Source: Squalus acanthias (Eukaryota). Taken from it: DNA of 64,000 bases. Below the pieces are notes generated by a model. The model saw only the letters and a list, made by a program, of their open reading frames with translations. It made no database searches and had not been told where the DNA came from. The stretch spans positions 138,200,001 through 138,264,000 of the forward strand of contig CM059432.1 of the NCBI GenBank assembly GCA_030390025.1, in the 5' to 3' direction. Each line of letters begins with the position of its first letter. Position 1 is the first letter of the stretch. Of this stretch, positions 35,755 through 48,088 are shown in pieces. A program made the position numbers and the translations under genes.

Positions 35755-36495
35755 TATAGGAACATAGGAACAGGGGGAGGCCATTCAGCCCCTCACGCCT
35801 GTTCCGTCATTCAATTAGATCATGGCTGATCTGTATCTAAACTCCATCTTTCCACCTTGGTTCCATAACCCTTAATACCCACGCCCAACAAAAATCTATC
35901 AATCTCAGTTTCGAAATTTTTAATTGATCCCGGCCTCAACAGCTTTTTTTGGACAAAAATGAGAAGTCGCACAACACCAGGTTATAGTCCAACAGTTTTA
36001 TTTGAAATTACGAGCTTTCAGAGCTCTGCTCCTTCTTCAGGTACAGTGAGGGAATACAAATCGATTACAAAGTATACAAAGCTTTTTTTGGGGGAGAGAG
36101 TTCCAGATTTCCACCACCCTTTGTGTGAGGAAGTGCTTCCTAACATCTCCCCTGAACGGCCTAGCTCTAATTTTAAGGTTATGCCCCCTTGTTCTGGACT
36201 CTCCCACCAGAGGAAATTACTATCTATCCTATCAACTGCTTTTATCATCTTATACACCTCAATTAGGCCACCCCTTAATCTTTGACACTCAAGGGAATAC
36301 AAGCCTAGTCTATTCAACTGTCCTCATAATCTATCCCTTTTACCCCTGGTATCATTCTGATGAATCTGCGCTGCACCCCCTCCAAGGCCAATACATCCTT
36401 CATGGGGTGTGGTGCCCAGAACTGAACGCAGTGCTCTAAATGGGGGTCAAAACAGAGCTTTATATAACTATAATGTAATTTTCACCCCTTTGTGT
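35755..36495 (-). mobile_element. CR1 3' portion with a nested Penelope fragment
   Basis: LGLYSLECQRLRGGLIEVYK; CR1 3' UTR at 35755-35830. Confidence 0.8.
35953..36079 (-). mobile_element. Short Penelope pLTR insertion with hammerhead motif
   Basis: Homologous to 8800-8908; minus strand CTGAAGA-A-GGAGC-AGA-GCTCT-GAAA-GCTCGTA; flanked by AGCTTTTTTTGG (35941-35952, 36080-36091). Confidence 0.8.
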
Positions 36496-37409
36496 TAAAA
36501 GAAATATGGTTACAAGATAAGAAGGGATATTAGATCACCACCGCAGGTGTTGGAAATGCAGAGCATTGAATCCCAGCTCTGTCAACACCCCATTGGCACT
36601 GGGAAATTGGGTGGAGAAATTCCTAAAGCCAGACAGCAAAATTTAGCTGTTGTTACGGTGACCGCAAGGTAAAAAATGTCAGCTACAGGCAGTTGCAGAT
36701 TCCAAAGTAAAAGAAAGGAATGTTATTACTTATACCTGAAGAATAAAAAAAAATTACTGAGGGCATGTTCTAGATTATAACATGGTCTCTGGGTTTAGAT
36801 TGTGTTTATTTATTACTCATGAGTTGTATAACATGAACAGGATGCGGCCCTTTGTGTGAGTCTCTGTAAAGTCTTTCCAGCCATTTGCTATTCCTTATAT
36901 AATATACTCAGGCTTTGAAAATTACACTGTACAAATATTAACGTATGACGCATTTGTACGAGATTCCTGTGCCAGGCTATTTTGATAGATTAATGCCTCC
37001 CTTAAAAGAGCAAACACAAGAATCTCATACAGATGAGTTAAGCCTTTGTACGTTAATATTCGGACAGTGTAACTTGGAGGCCTTAGGGCATGTTATTCCC
37101 TTGTAACGTACAGTGAAATAAAAGCCAATATCACTACAGTTCAAGTCACGTGGAACCACAACACTTCAGTTCAAATCATATGGTTCGAGTGTGGCATCTC
37201 TCACTGTCTGCCAGGACATCTGGTGACAGTAAATCTAATTTTGAGGGAAAAAAAGGGAATAAAATAACTGAATGCTACAATTTAAAAGTTGGTACAGGAA
37301 CAGACAGATCTGAGGGTTCTCATACACACATCTTTGTAGGTAGCAGGACAAGTTGCTAAGGCTGTTAAAAAAAAATATAGGGATCCAGCGCCTTATAAGT
37401 AGAGGCATA

Positions 37410-38390
37410 GGGCAGAATTTTGTTCGGGGAGGCGGGTTGCGGTGTCCGAGGCTGGCGGGAAACCTGGGAGGCCGGGTTTCCCCACAGGCCCTGCCGATTT
37501 TACCGGCAGGGCCTAATTTGAATGTGAGGCCTTGGTTTCCCACCCGCAGCCAGCCAGCTTGAGAGGCTGACAGGCTGCAGGCGGGTAGGCCTCAGTTGCG
37601 AGGGGTCGGCCCGGGGGAGGGAACGTGGGGAGGGTTGTTGGGATTGGCGGGAGGGAGATCAGCAATCGGGGGGGAGGGGGAGAGAGGATGGGGGGGTTGC
37701 AGGATCGGCAGGTAATGGGAGGAGGTCGGGGATCGGCAGGCAAGCAGGGATCGCGGGGATTAGTCGGGGATCGCAGGGGGGGATCGGCCGGGGGTGGAGG
37801 GGGGGGAGGGATCACCCAGGGATCACGGGGGTGGCGGAGGATCGTTAGGGGGGCCGGAGGATTGGGGCTGGCCACCGGAGCATCATGGCCGACCTCATCA
37901 TCATCGTTGGGCGGGGTGGGGAGAGGCCCGGGGAGGGGGGAGACCCGGGGGTGGGGGAGGCCTGGGAATGGGATCGGAGGCCTCGTGGGGGGTCTCGTGG
38001 GTTAGGCAGGTACCCAGGATCCAGGAGGTAGGTATAAATCCACTTACCTCCTGGGTGCAGCAGTCCCCGCCTCTGTTTAACTGCCGGGTTTCACGAATTG
38101 TGTGAAACACGACCCCAGGCAGTTAAATTCCAAATGGACGGGGACAAAGAGGCTTCCAGGCTCATCACAATATTTAAATTGAGGTAGCGCCCCCCTGGGA
38201 GCGGGTTGGTCACCCACCCCACCCCCGCCTGCACCCCCCCTCCCCCCCACCTTCCCACCCCAGTCCCGCCTCCGGGAAAACCGGAAGTGGGCGGGTTGGA
38301 GGCGGGATCAGGTCGGGATTCACATTTTTAACAATTTAACTGCCTCCACGCTCCAAACCCACCTTTTTTTTTAAGGGGAAAATTCCGGCC
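37410..38390. mobile_element. Harbinger-type MITE (family B) with a G-rich centre
   Basis: Imperfect TIR GGGCAGAATTTT / AAAATTCCGGCC, TSD ATA (37407-37409, 38391-38393). Confidence 0.75.
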
Positions 38391-38479
38391 ATAGAGCTCA
38401 AAAGCATGGAAGTTAAGCACCTTGGGATGTTTTACTACTTTAAAGGCGCTATACAAATGCAAGTTGGTGATGCTGTTGT

Positions 38480-39345
38480 AGACCTTTATAAATCACTGGT
38501 TAGGCCAGAGCTGGAGTACTGTGTCCAATTCTGGGTACCACACTTTAGGAAGGATGTCAAGGCCTTGGAGAGGGTGCAGAAGAGATTTACTAGAATGGTA
38601 CCAGGGTGGAGGCACTTCAGTTATGTTGAGAGACTAGAGAAAAGCTGGGATTGTTCTCCTGAGAGCAGAGAAGGTTAAGGGGAGATTTAATAGAGGTGTT
38701 CAAAAATAGGAAGGGTTTGGATAGAGTAGAGAGGGAGAAACTGTTTCCACTGGCAGGAGGGTCGGTAACCAGACGGCACAGGTTTAAGAAAATTGGGAAA
38801 AGAACCAGGGGGGAGATGAGGAGAAATTAGGGGCAATAAATATAAGATAGTCATTAATAACTCCAATAAAGAATTCATGAGAAACTTCTTTACCCAGTGA
38901 GTGGTTAGACTGTGGAACTCGCTACCACAGGGAGTGGTTGAGGCGAATAGCATTGATCCATTTAAGGGGATGCTGATAAGTACATGAGGGAGAAAGGAAT
39001 AGAAGGATCTGCTGATAGGGTGAGATGAAGTAGGGTGGGAGGTGGCTCGTGTCGAGCATAGACACCGGCACAGACCAATTGAGAAAAATGGCCTGTTGCT
39101 GAGCTGTAACTTTTATGTAAACAATTTTACGCAGCGAGTTGTTGTGATCTGGAACGCCCTGCCTGAACGGGCCGCGGAAACAGATTCCATAGTAACTTTC
39201 AAAAGGAAATTGGATAAAAACTTGAAAAGGAAAGATTTGCAGGGCTGTGGGGAAAGAGAAAGGGGGAGTGGGACTAATTGGACAGCTCATTCAAAGAGTC
39301 GCCACAGGCACGATGGGCCGAATGGCCTCCTTCTGTGCTGTATGA
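38480..39345 (+). mobile_element. CR1 3' portion with a nested second CR1 tail (~38830-39120)
   Basis: LYKSLVRPELEYCVQFW; two CR1 3' UTR types in series. Confidence 0.8.
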
Positions 39346-40309
39346 TTTTATTTTTAAAAAACTGCCGTGAAAATTACCTACGTACGTGGTGTACAGAAAG
39401 AGTCCAGTTGGAGTAACTCGATATCTCAGAGATAAATTCTTCATCGCTGAACAAGGAGGTCCCAGCTTGAACCCCAGATCTTGACGAGTTAGTTAGGGAT
39501 CTTGGGTTAGGGAGGAGAAAATCAGGCAGGCTTTTTCACCTCTAATTGATATATAGCAACTCTTGCTAAAAGCGTCCTGATGCCACTGAATAAGATGTCA
39601 TTTCTCACATTAAACACACCTTGGCCTCCTTCCAAATGCACCAGGCCTCTGTTGCTTAATCTGGGCCAAAGCTGAGGTACATAAATTCCTGAAACTCAGG
39701 GAGGCTTAAATTGAATAATGCATAGTCTTTTTTTCAGGGAATGCCGAAGAATGCTAGTTCCATGGACACTGGTGCATCATCTGGCAAAGATAATAAAGCC
39801 GTTTGCAGGAATTTATTTTAAATCTGAAGGTTCAGCTATAAATAAACAAGCAATATGCGAATATATCTGATGAAGGTGGGAATGGAAAGTATAATTCTTG
39901 TCCTTAGGGTGCATTTTTCTCCACATGTCAACTAATCCTAGATCTTTACAGCCATTCCATAATGCCATAGCAGACTTAAAAGAATTACTCCCCCGCCCCC
40001 CTCCCCCCAGGTAATTTATCTAATTGTGCATTCATAACACAATTAAAGTCACCTCTTGCTATATTTACTGGGCTAGAGTAGACAGCAAAGAGGAGGTATA
40101 GATTGCTGGTCCATTGCAGGGCCTGTATTTCATGCATATAAATTTAGCTGCCTAATTTCCTGCCTTAATAACAAAATGTTAATAAGTACATATCTGTCAT
40201 TATTCCCCCCACCTCTCTGTGTACCAGTTGGAAAAGTAGAATCCCATGTAAAAAAATATTTGATCATCCTCCTTTTTGTGCATCCTTCGGAGATTTGCAA
40301 TGTTTTCCT

Positions 40310-40628
40310 TACATACAATTTGCAGCACAGAAAGAGGCCATTCGGCCCAACTGGTCTGTGCCAGCGCTAATGCTCCACACGAGCCTCCTCCCAACTCCAC
40401 TTGATCTCACCCTATCAGCATAACCTTCTATTCCTTTCTCCCTCGTGTACTTATCTAACTTACACTTAAATGCATCTACGCTATTCGCCTCAACCACTCC
40501 CTGCGGTCGCGAGTTCCACATTCTCACCGCTTTCTGGGTAAAGAAGTTTCTCCTGAATTCTCTGCTGGATTTATTCGTGACTATCTTATATTTATGGCCC
40601 CTAGTTTTGGACTCCCCGATAAGTGGAA
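40310..40628 (-). mobile_element. CR1 3' end
   Basis: FPLIGESKTRGHKYKIVTNKS.. plus tail. Confidence 0.85.
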
Positions 40629-40641
40629 ACAACAACAACTT

Positions 40642-41534
40642 GGGGGAAAAATTCAGTTGGTTGCGCCTCCCGTTAGCGCCTTAAGAGGGCGCTAATGGGG
40701 CACAAAGCAACTAGCGCCCAGGCGCGGCGATGTTTGCGCCGCTCGCGAAATTAACTAGACATTTTGCGGCGGCGCTAAACACTACCGCCACGATCTCCTG
40801 CGCCGGCAGATCGTGACATCATTCGAGTGCGCAACGCCCCGGTAGCGCCCCGGAGTGGATATTGAGTGGCGCCCCCTGCCTTACCGCCTGCCGCTAGCAA
40901 CGACAGGTTGAGGGGAGCGTTTTGCAGTCAGGAAGGGACTGGGGGAGCGCTATTTAAAGGCGACCACTTCCTGCCTTTTTTTGTTGGTGACATTTTTGTA
41001 CCACGCTTTCTGAGAGAGAGAGAGAGGGACTTCTGGAGAGATTCAACGCTGTGCGAAGGAGTTTTGGGTACTGAGCAGCACTTTGCAGGTTCATTTTGAT
41101 TTGCCCTTCCTTGTATCGATTTAGAAGAGACTGTGGGGGCTGCACTCTGAGCTCTTTCCCTGGGTCTCTCCATTGTTCTTTCCAGCAGATTTGATGTGCA
41201 GGTCTCTCCAGGCCGAGATTCAAGGCTGCAATGAGCAGGATGTGGATGGAAAGCAAGATCAACCCTCCCCTTTAAGAACTGGCCAGCGCCATTGTGTCTG
41301 TGTTCCATTGCTGACTGACATCACACGAGCTTCGCCAGCGCTCTGAGTTAGCGCCTCGCTGCTCGGCCTTTGCGCCTTAAGACAGATGTGTAGCGCCTGA
41401 TTTAGCGCTCCAATCAGCTCCAGGGGTGATAAAAGTCAAGTTTGCAGTCGGAGGCGATAATTAGCGCCAGGCGCTAATCTTTGCGCCCGGCCGATAATTG
41501 CGCCCCAAATGGGGCAATACTGAATTTTTCCCCC
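40642..41534. mobile_element. Harbinger-type non-autonomous element (family C, copy 1)
   Basis: Perfect 16-bp TIR GGGGGAAAAATTCAGT / ACTGAATTTTTCCCCC, TSD CTT; inserted in an L2 tail. Confidence 0.9.
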
Positions 41535-41537
41535 CTT

Positions 41538-41975
41538 GTGTTTATCTAGCGCCTTTAACGTAGTAAAACGTCCCAAGGCGCTTCACAGGAGCGTTATCAG
41601 ACAAAATTTGACACCGAGCCTGGTGATGGGTGAACGGGACTTGGTGCAAGTTAGGATACGGGCAGCAGAGTTTTGGATGACCTCAAATTTATGTAGGGTA
41701 GAACGTGGGAGGCCGGCCAGAAGTGCGTTGGGATAGTCAAGTCTAGAGGTAACAATGGCATGGATGAGGGTTTCAGCAGCCGCTTAACTGAGGCAGGGGT
41801 GGAGTCAGGCGATGTTACGGAGATGGAAGTAGGCGGTCTTAGTAATATGTGGTTGGAAGCTCATCTCAGGGTCAAATACGACACCAAGGTTGCGAACAGC
41901 CGGGTCCAGCTTCACACAATCTCCAGGGAGAGGAATGGCGTCCGTAGCTAGGGAATGGAGTTTGTGGCAGGGACT
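41538..41975 (-). mobile_element. L2 LINE fragments (tail plus ORF2 C-terminal piece)
   Basis: AVRNLGVVFDPEMSFQPHI..AYFHLRNIA is a typical L2 ORF2 motif. Confidence 0.8.
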
Positions 41976-42596
41976 AGAAGGCATCTTCTCTACGTCTACC
42001 CTATCGAACCCCTTCCATAATATTTGTGGCTCCTGCATGTAAAATACTCTTGTCACAGTGAAACTGCACGCTCAAGTCCAACATCGCTCAGTTGCTAATC
42101 CGACCTTGTTGAGCAAGGATGGTCTGAGCTGTCACTGCAAAGTATCCCAGCAAGGTGAGGGAATAGCGGAGGGACCAGTCAGGCCAGGTGCTTCCTTACA
42201 GCTGGCTACAAGGACCATTGGGAGCAGGCTGCGGGCAACAGAGGCCAAGGTCAGGCAGGCAAACAAGGAAATAGAATTACAGAGAAAGAGGAAAGACCTA
42301 CTAGAAAAGTGCTCTCATAGAAAAACAAAGTAGAGAAAAGCCATCATTGCTCATGTAAAATATGTTTCCTTTCAATGGGGTGATTGATAACACTTACATG
42401 CACTTATACATGAACACATCATATAACATTGCACAGTACTATTTTAATACCCTGGAGCCTGTCTCACTCAATTGGAGCTAGTTTGCAGCAGGGGCCATGT
42501 AACATTATACTCAACATTAATATTTCAATTCTGTTCATAAAACTCCAATTGTAACTTGTGTGTTTGGGTGTGTTTGTGCGTGCACTTAATTAATCG

Positions 42597-42920
42597 TCCT
42601 GTACCTCCGAGATCGCTGCGCTCCTCCAAATTCTGGCCTCTTGCACATCCCCGATTTTCATCGCTCCCCCATTGGTGGCCGTGCCTTCAGCTGCCGAGGC
42701 CCCAAGCTCTGGAATTCCCGCTCTGAACCCCTCCGCCTCTCTACCTCTTTCCTCCTTTAAGACGCTCCTTGAAAACCTACCTCTTTGACCAAGCTTTCGG
42801 TCACCTGCCCCAATATCTTTTCACGTGGCTCGGTGTCAAATCTTGTCTGTTAACGCTCCAATGAAGAGCAGTGGGACGGTTTTTTACTATGTTAAAGGCG
42901 CAATATAAGTGCAAGTTGTT
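42597..42920 (+). mobile_element. L2-type LINE 3' end
   Basis: R-LRSS..GGRAFS..PKLWNS region plus tail. Confidence 0.8.
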
Positions 42921-43334
42921 ACAATGACTCCCCAACGCTGAAGTCCAAAACTCCACATCGCAGAGTCACTCCAGCCCTCTGCCAATGCTCCTCCGTTAAC
43001 TGCAGGCAAGTGCGCTGTGCTGTCTGGTGCGACCATTTTTACTTACCCTGTGTGGGACAGTTCCTTGCTTTAGTGCGGCGCCTTCCCTGACAGCCCAACA
43101 AAGTTGCAAAAACAACTTGCTCCGTGGAAAATATGCACGGTGAAAGAGTTGTACAACTTACAAACGATGCTGCGTCATAACTATCGATGCCCGTTCTGTC
43201 AATCGAGGGCGGCTATAATGGAGCGACGCACAGCTGCAATGCACAATCTCGCTGCCCAGTAATATATTTTTGTAATCTTCTCTTGATTTGTCATTTTTGT
43301 TCATGTTTTCTGTCTCCGTGTGACACCTTCTATA

Positions 43335-45092
43335 AAATTACAAAGATATTGATAGATTAAGTGAATGGGCAAAACTGTGGCAAATGGATTTCAATGTAGG
43401 CAAATGTGACGTCATCCACTTTGGACCTAAAAAGGACAGAACAGGGTACTTTCTGAATGGTGAAAAACTAAAAACAGTGGAGGTCCAAAGAGACTTGAGG
43501 GTCCAGGTACATAGATCATTAAAATGTCATGAACAGATACAGAAAATAATCAAAAAGGCTAATGGAATGCTGGCCTTTATATCGAGAGGACTAGAACACA
43601 AGGGGGTAGAAGTTATGCTGCAGCTATACAAAACCCTGGTTAGACCACACCTGGAGTACTGTGAGCAGTTCTGAGCACCACACCTTCGGAAAGATATCTT
43701 GGCCTTGGAGGGAGTGCAGCGTAGGTTTACCAGAATGATACCCGGACTCCAAGGGTTAAATTACGAGGAGAGATTACACAAATTAGGGTCGTATTCCCTC
43801 GAATTTAGAAGGTTAAGGGTGATTTGATCAAAGTTTTCAAGATATTCAGGTGAACAGATAGGGTAGGTAGAGAGAAACAATTTCTGCTGGTTGGGGAGTC
43901 TAGGGGGGAAAAATTCAGTTGGCTGCGCCTCCCGTTAGCGCCTTAAGAGGGCGCTAATGGGGCGCAAAGCAACTAGCACCCGGGCGCGGCGATGTTTGTG
44001 CCGCTCGCGAAATTAACTAGACATTTTGCGGCGGCGTTAAACATTATCGCCACGATCTCCTGCGTCGGCAGATCGTGACGTCAGTCAAGTGCGCAACGCC
44101 CCGGTAGCGCCCCGGAGCTGATATTGAGTGGCGCCCCCTACCTTACCGCCTGCCGCTAGCAACGACAGGTTGAGGGGAGCGTTTTGCAGTCAGGAAGGGA
44201 CTGGGGGAGCGCTATTTAAAGGCGACCGATTCCTGCCTTTTTTTGTTGGCGACATTTTTGAACCACGCATTCTGAGAGGGAGCGAGATAGACTTCTGGAG
44301 AGATTCAACGCTGTGTGAAGGAGTTTCGGGTATTGAGCCGCACTTTGCAGGTTCATTTTGATTTGCCCTTCCTTGTATCGATTTAGAAGAGACGGTGGGG
44401 GCTGCACTCTGAGCTCTTTCCCTGGGGTTCTCCATTGTTCTTTCCAGCAGATTTGATGTACAGGTCTCTCCAGGCCGAGATTCAAGGCTGCAATGAGCAG
44501 TATGTGGATGGAAAGCAAGATCAACCCTCCCCTTTAAGAACTGGCCGGGGCCATTGTGTCTGTGTTCCATTGCTGACTGACATCACATGAGCTTCACCAG
44601 CGCTCTGAGTTAGCGCCTCGCTCCTCAGCCTTTGTGCCTTAAGACAGATGTGTAGCGGCTGATTTAGCGCTCCAATCACCTCCAGGGGCGATAAAAGTCA
44701 AGTTTGCAGTCGGAGGCGATAATTAGCGCCAGGCGCTAATCTTTGCGCCCGGCCGATAATTGCGCCCCAAACGGGACGATACTGAATTTTTCCCCCTGGG
44801 ACTACAGGGCATAGTCTAAAGATTAGAGCCAGACCTTTCAGGAGCGAAATTAGGAAACACTTCTACACACAAAGGGTGGTAGAATTTTGGAACTCTCTTC
44901 CGCAAATGGCAATTGATGCTCGATCAATTGTTAATTTTAAATCTGTGATTGATAGATTTTTATTAACCAAAGGTATTAAGGGATGTGGGCCAAAGGCGGG
45001 TGTATGGAGTTAGGTCGCAGATCAGCCATGATCTCAGTGAATGGCGGAACAGGTTTGAGCGGCTAAATGGCCTACTCCTGTTCCTATGTTCC
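43335..45092 (+). mobile_element. CR1 3' portion interrupted by the family-C MITE
   Basis: WQMDFNVGKC..LVRPHLEYC; resumes at 44800 to the 3' UTR. Confidence 0.85.
43904..44796. mobile_element. Harbinger-type non-autonomous element (family C, copy 2)
   Basis: Same 16-bp TIR, TSD TAG/TGG, collinear with 40642-41534. Confidence 0.9.
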
Positions 45093-45462
45093 TCTGTAGA
45101 AAGGAGGGCCGGTGTGGCCAGCTCTGTCAATGCCACTACACACTTTGACCAACATGGAGGTGCATTTGGTGCTAATTCACTGACACAGGTTTAAGTTATT
45201 TCCAAGTGCAAATGACGTGAGTTGATAACAGTATAAGGGACTTTGCACACACAGCTGAACCATATGTAAGGACAGCTTCACATTTTAATCCCTGGTTAAT
45301 TTCTAAACTGTGGTGTAGACTTGCACTTTCCTGGTCACCTCGGTGCCTTCCACTGGCAATAGCCCAGCAATAGCTTCAGAGAAGCATAGGATGATACAGC
45401 ACAGAAAGAGGCCACGTGGCCCATTTTGCCTCTGCCTATTCTTTGAAAGATCTAACCAATTA

Positions 45463-47922
45463 CATAGAAATATAGAAGATAGGAGCAGGAGTAGGCCATT
45501 CAGCCCCTCGAGCCTGCTCTGCCATTTAATGAGAGCATGGCTGATCATCCAAATTCAGTACCCTGTCCCTGCTTTCCCCGCATATCCCTTGATCCCTTTA
45601 GCCTCAATAAATATATCTAACTCCTTCTTGAGTATATTGAATGAATTGGCCTCAACTGCCTTCTGTGGTAGAGAATTCCACAGGTTCACCACTCTCTGGG
45701 TGAAGAAATTCCTCCTCATCTCAGTCCTAAATGGCTTACCCCTTATCCTTAGACTGTGACCTCTGGTTCTGGACCGCGCCCCCCCCCCCCCCCCCCCCCC
45801 CGCCATCGGGAACATCCTTCCTGCATCTAGTCTGTCTAGTCCTGTTAGAATTTTATACCTTTCAATGAGATCCCCTCTCATTCTTCTAAACTCCAGCGAA
45901 TATAAGCCCAATCGACCCAATCTCTCCTCATACGTCATTCCTGCCATCCCAGGTATCAGTCTGGTGAATCTTCGCTGCACTCCCTCCATGGCAAGAACAT
46001 CCTTCCTCAGATAAGGCGACCAAAACTGCACACAATACTCAAGGTGTGGTCTCACCAAGGCCCTGTACAACTGCAGCAAGACATCCTTGCTCCTGTACTC
46101 GAATCATCTTGCTATGAAGGCCAACATACCATTTGCTTTCTTAACCGCCTGCTGCACCTGCATGCTTACCTTCAGCGACTGGTGCACAAGGACACCCAGG
46201 TCTTGTTGCACTTCCCCTTCTCCCAATCTATTGCCGTTCAGATAATAATCTGCCTTCCTGTTTTTGCCACCAAAGTGGATAACCTCGCATTTATCCACAT
46301 TATACTGCATCTGCCATGCATCTGCCCAATCACCCAACCTGTCCAAATCATACTGGAGTTTCTCTGCATCCTCCTCACAGCACACACGCCCACCCAGCTT
46401 TGTGTCATCTGCAAACTTGGAGATATTACATCTAGTTCCCTCGTCTAGATCATTAATATATATTGTGAATAACTGGGGTCCTAGCACCGATCCCTGCGGT
46501 ACCCCACTAGTCACTGCCTGCCACTTGGAAAAAGACCCGTTTATTCCAACTCATTGCTTCCTGTCTGCCAACCAGTTCTCTATCCAAGTCAGTACCTTAC
46601 CCCCAATCCCATGTGCTTTAACTTTACACGCTAATCTCTTATGCGGGACCTTATCGAAAGCCTTCTGAAAGTCCAAATACACCACATCCACTGGTTCTCC
46701 CTTATCTATTCTACCAGTTACATCCTCAAAAAATTCCAGTAGATTAGTCAGGCATGATTTACCTTTTGTAAATCCATGTTTACTTTGTCCGGTCCTGTCA
46801 CTGTTTTTCAAGTGCTCTGCTATTACATCTTTTATAATGGACTCTAGCATTTTCCCCACTACCGATGTCAGGCTTACCAGTCTATAATTCCCCGTTTTTT
46901 CTCGACCACCTTTTTTAAATAGTGGGGTTACATTAGCTACCCTCCAATCCATGGGAACTGTGCCAGAGTCTATAGAATTTTGGAAGATGACCAGCAATGC
47001 ATCTACTATTTCTAGGGCCACTTTCTTAAGTACCCTAGGATGTAGATTATCAGGCCCTGGGGATTTATCGGCCTTCAATCCCGTCAATTTCCCTAACACC
47101 ATTTCCCTACAATTACTGATTTCATTCAGTTCCTCCCTCTCATTAGACCCCATGTTCCCCGACATCTCTGGGAGTTTATTTGTGTCCTCCTTTGTGAAGA
47201 CAGAACCAAAGTATGTATTTAATTGATCAGCCATTTCTTTGTTCCCCATTATAAATTCCCCTGATTCTGACTGCAAGGGACCTACGCTTGACTTCACCAA
47301 TCTTTTTCTCTTCACATATCTATAGAAGCTTTTACAGTCAGTTTTTATGTTCCCTGAAAGCTTACTCTCATAATCTATTTTCCCCCTCTTAATTAATCCC
47401 TTTGTCCTCCTTTGCTGAATCATAAACTGCTCCCAATCCTCAGGTTTGCTGCTTTTTCTGGCCAATTTATATGTCCTCTCCTTGGATCTTATGCTATCCC
47501 TAATTTCCCTTGTTAGCCACGGTTGCGCCCCCTTTTATGTTTATTTTTATGCCAGACAGGGATGTGCAAATTCTATATTTCATCCATGCGATCTTTAAAT
47601 GTTTGCCATTGCCTATCCACCGTCAACCCTTTAAGTAACGTTCCCCAATCCATCCTAGCCAACTCGCGCCTCATACCATCATAGTTTCCTTTATTTAAAT
47701 TCAGGACCCTAGTCTCTGAGTCAACTACTTCACTCTCCATCTTAATGAAGAATTCTATCATATTATGATCGCTCCTCCCCAAGGGGCCTCGCACAACAAG
47801 ATTGCTAATCAATCCTTTCTCATTACATAATACCCAGTCTAAGATGGCCTGATCTCTAGTTGGTTCCTCGACATATTGGTCCAGGAAACCATCCCGTATA
47901 CACTCTAGGAATTCCTCCTCCA
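45463..47922 (-). mobile_element. CR1 LINE, 2.5-kb 5'-truncated ORF2 (end of EN plus RT) and 3' UTR
   Basis: ORFs 47573..47923, 46551..47465, 46104..46514 (FADD) and 45555..46079. Inserted in an older CR1 tail (45384-45462 / 47923-48088 / 50112-50320). Confidence 0.95.
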
Positions 47923-48088
47923 CATTAGCCCCACTCTGCCTGCTCTTTCCCCATAGCCCTGCAAAATTTTCCCCTTCAAATATTTATCCAATTCCCTTTT
48001 GAAAGCTACTGTTCAATCTGCTTCCTCCACCCTTTCAGGCAGTGCATTCCAGATCATAACAACTCGCTGCGTAAGAAAAATTCTCCTC

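Noticed and set aside
37513..38110. Gly-rich and Pro-rich ORFs
   Set aside because: By-products of G/C runs inside a MITE.
43047..43110. LKQGTVP resembling a THAP AVPT motif
   Set aside because: No C2CH signature, and an in-frame stop lies upstream.
40642..44796. Segmental duplication or shared 126-aa ORF as a gene
   Set aside because: Homology stops at the TIRs and the TSDs differ; the ORF is shared only because the copies are similar.
45778..45801. Poly-C run giving GGGGGGG in a CR1 ORF
   Set aside because: Homopolymer expansion (the sister copy at ~3754 has a short run) or a sequencing artefact.
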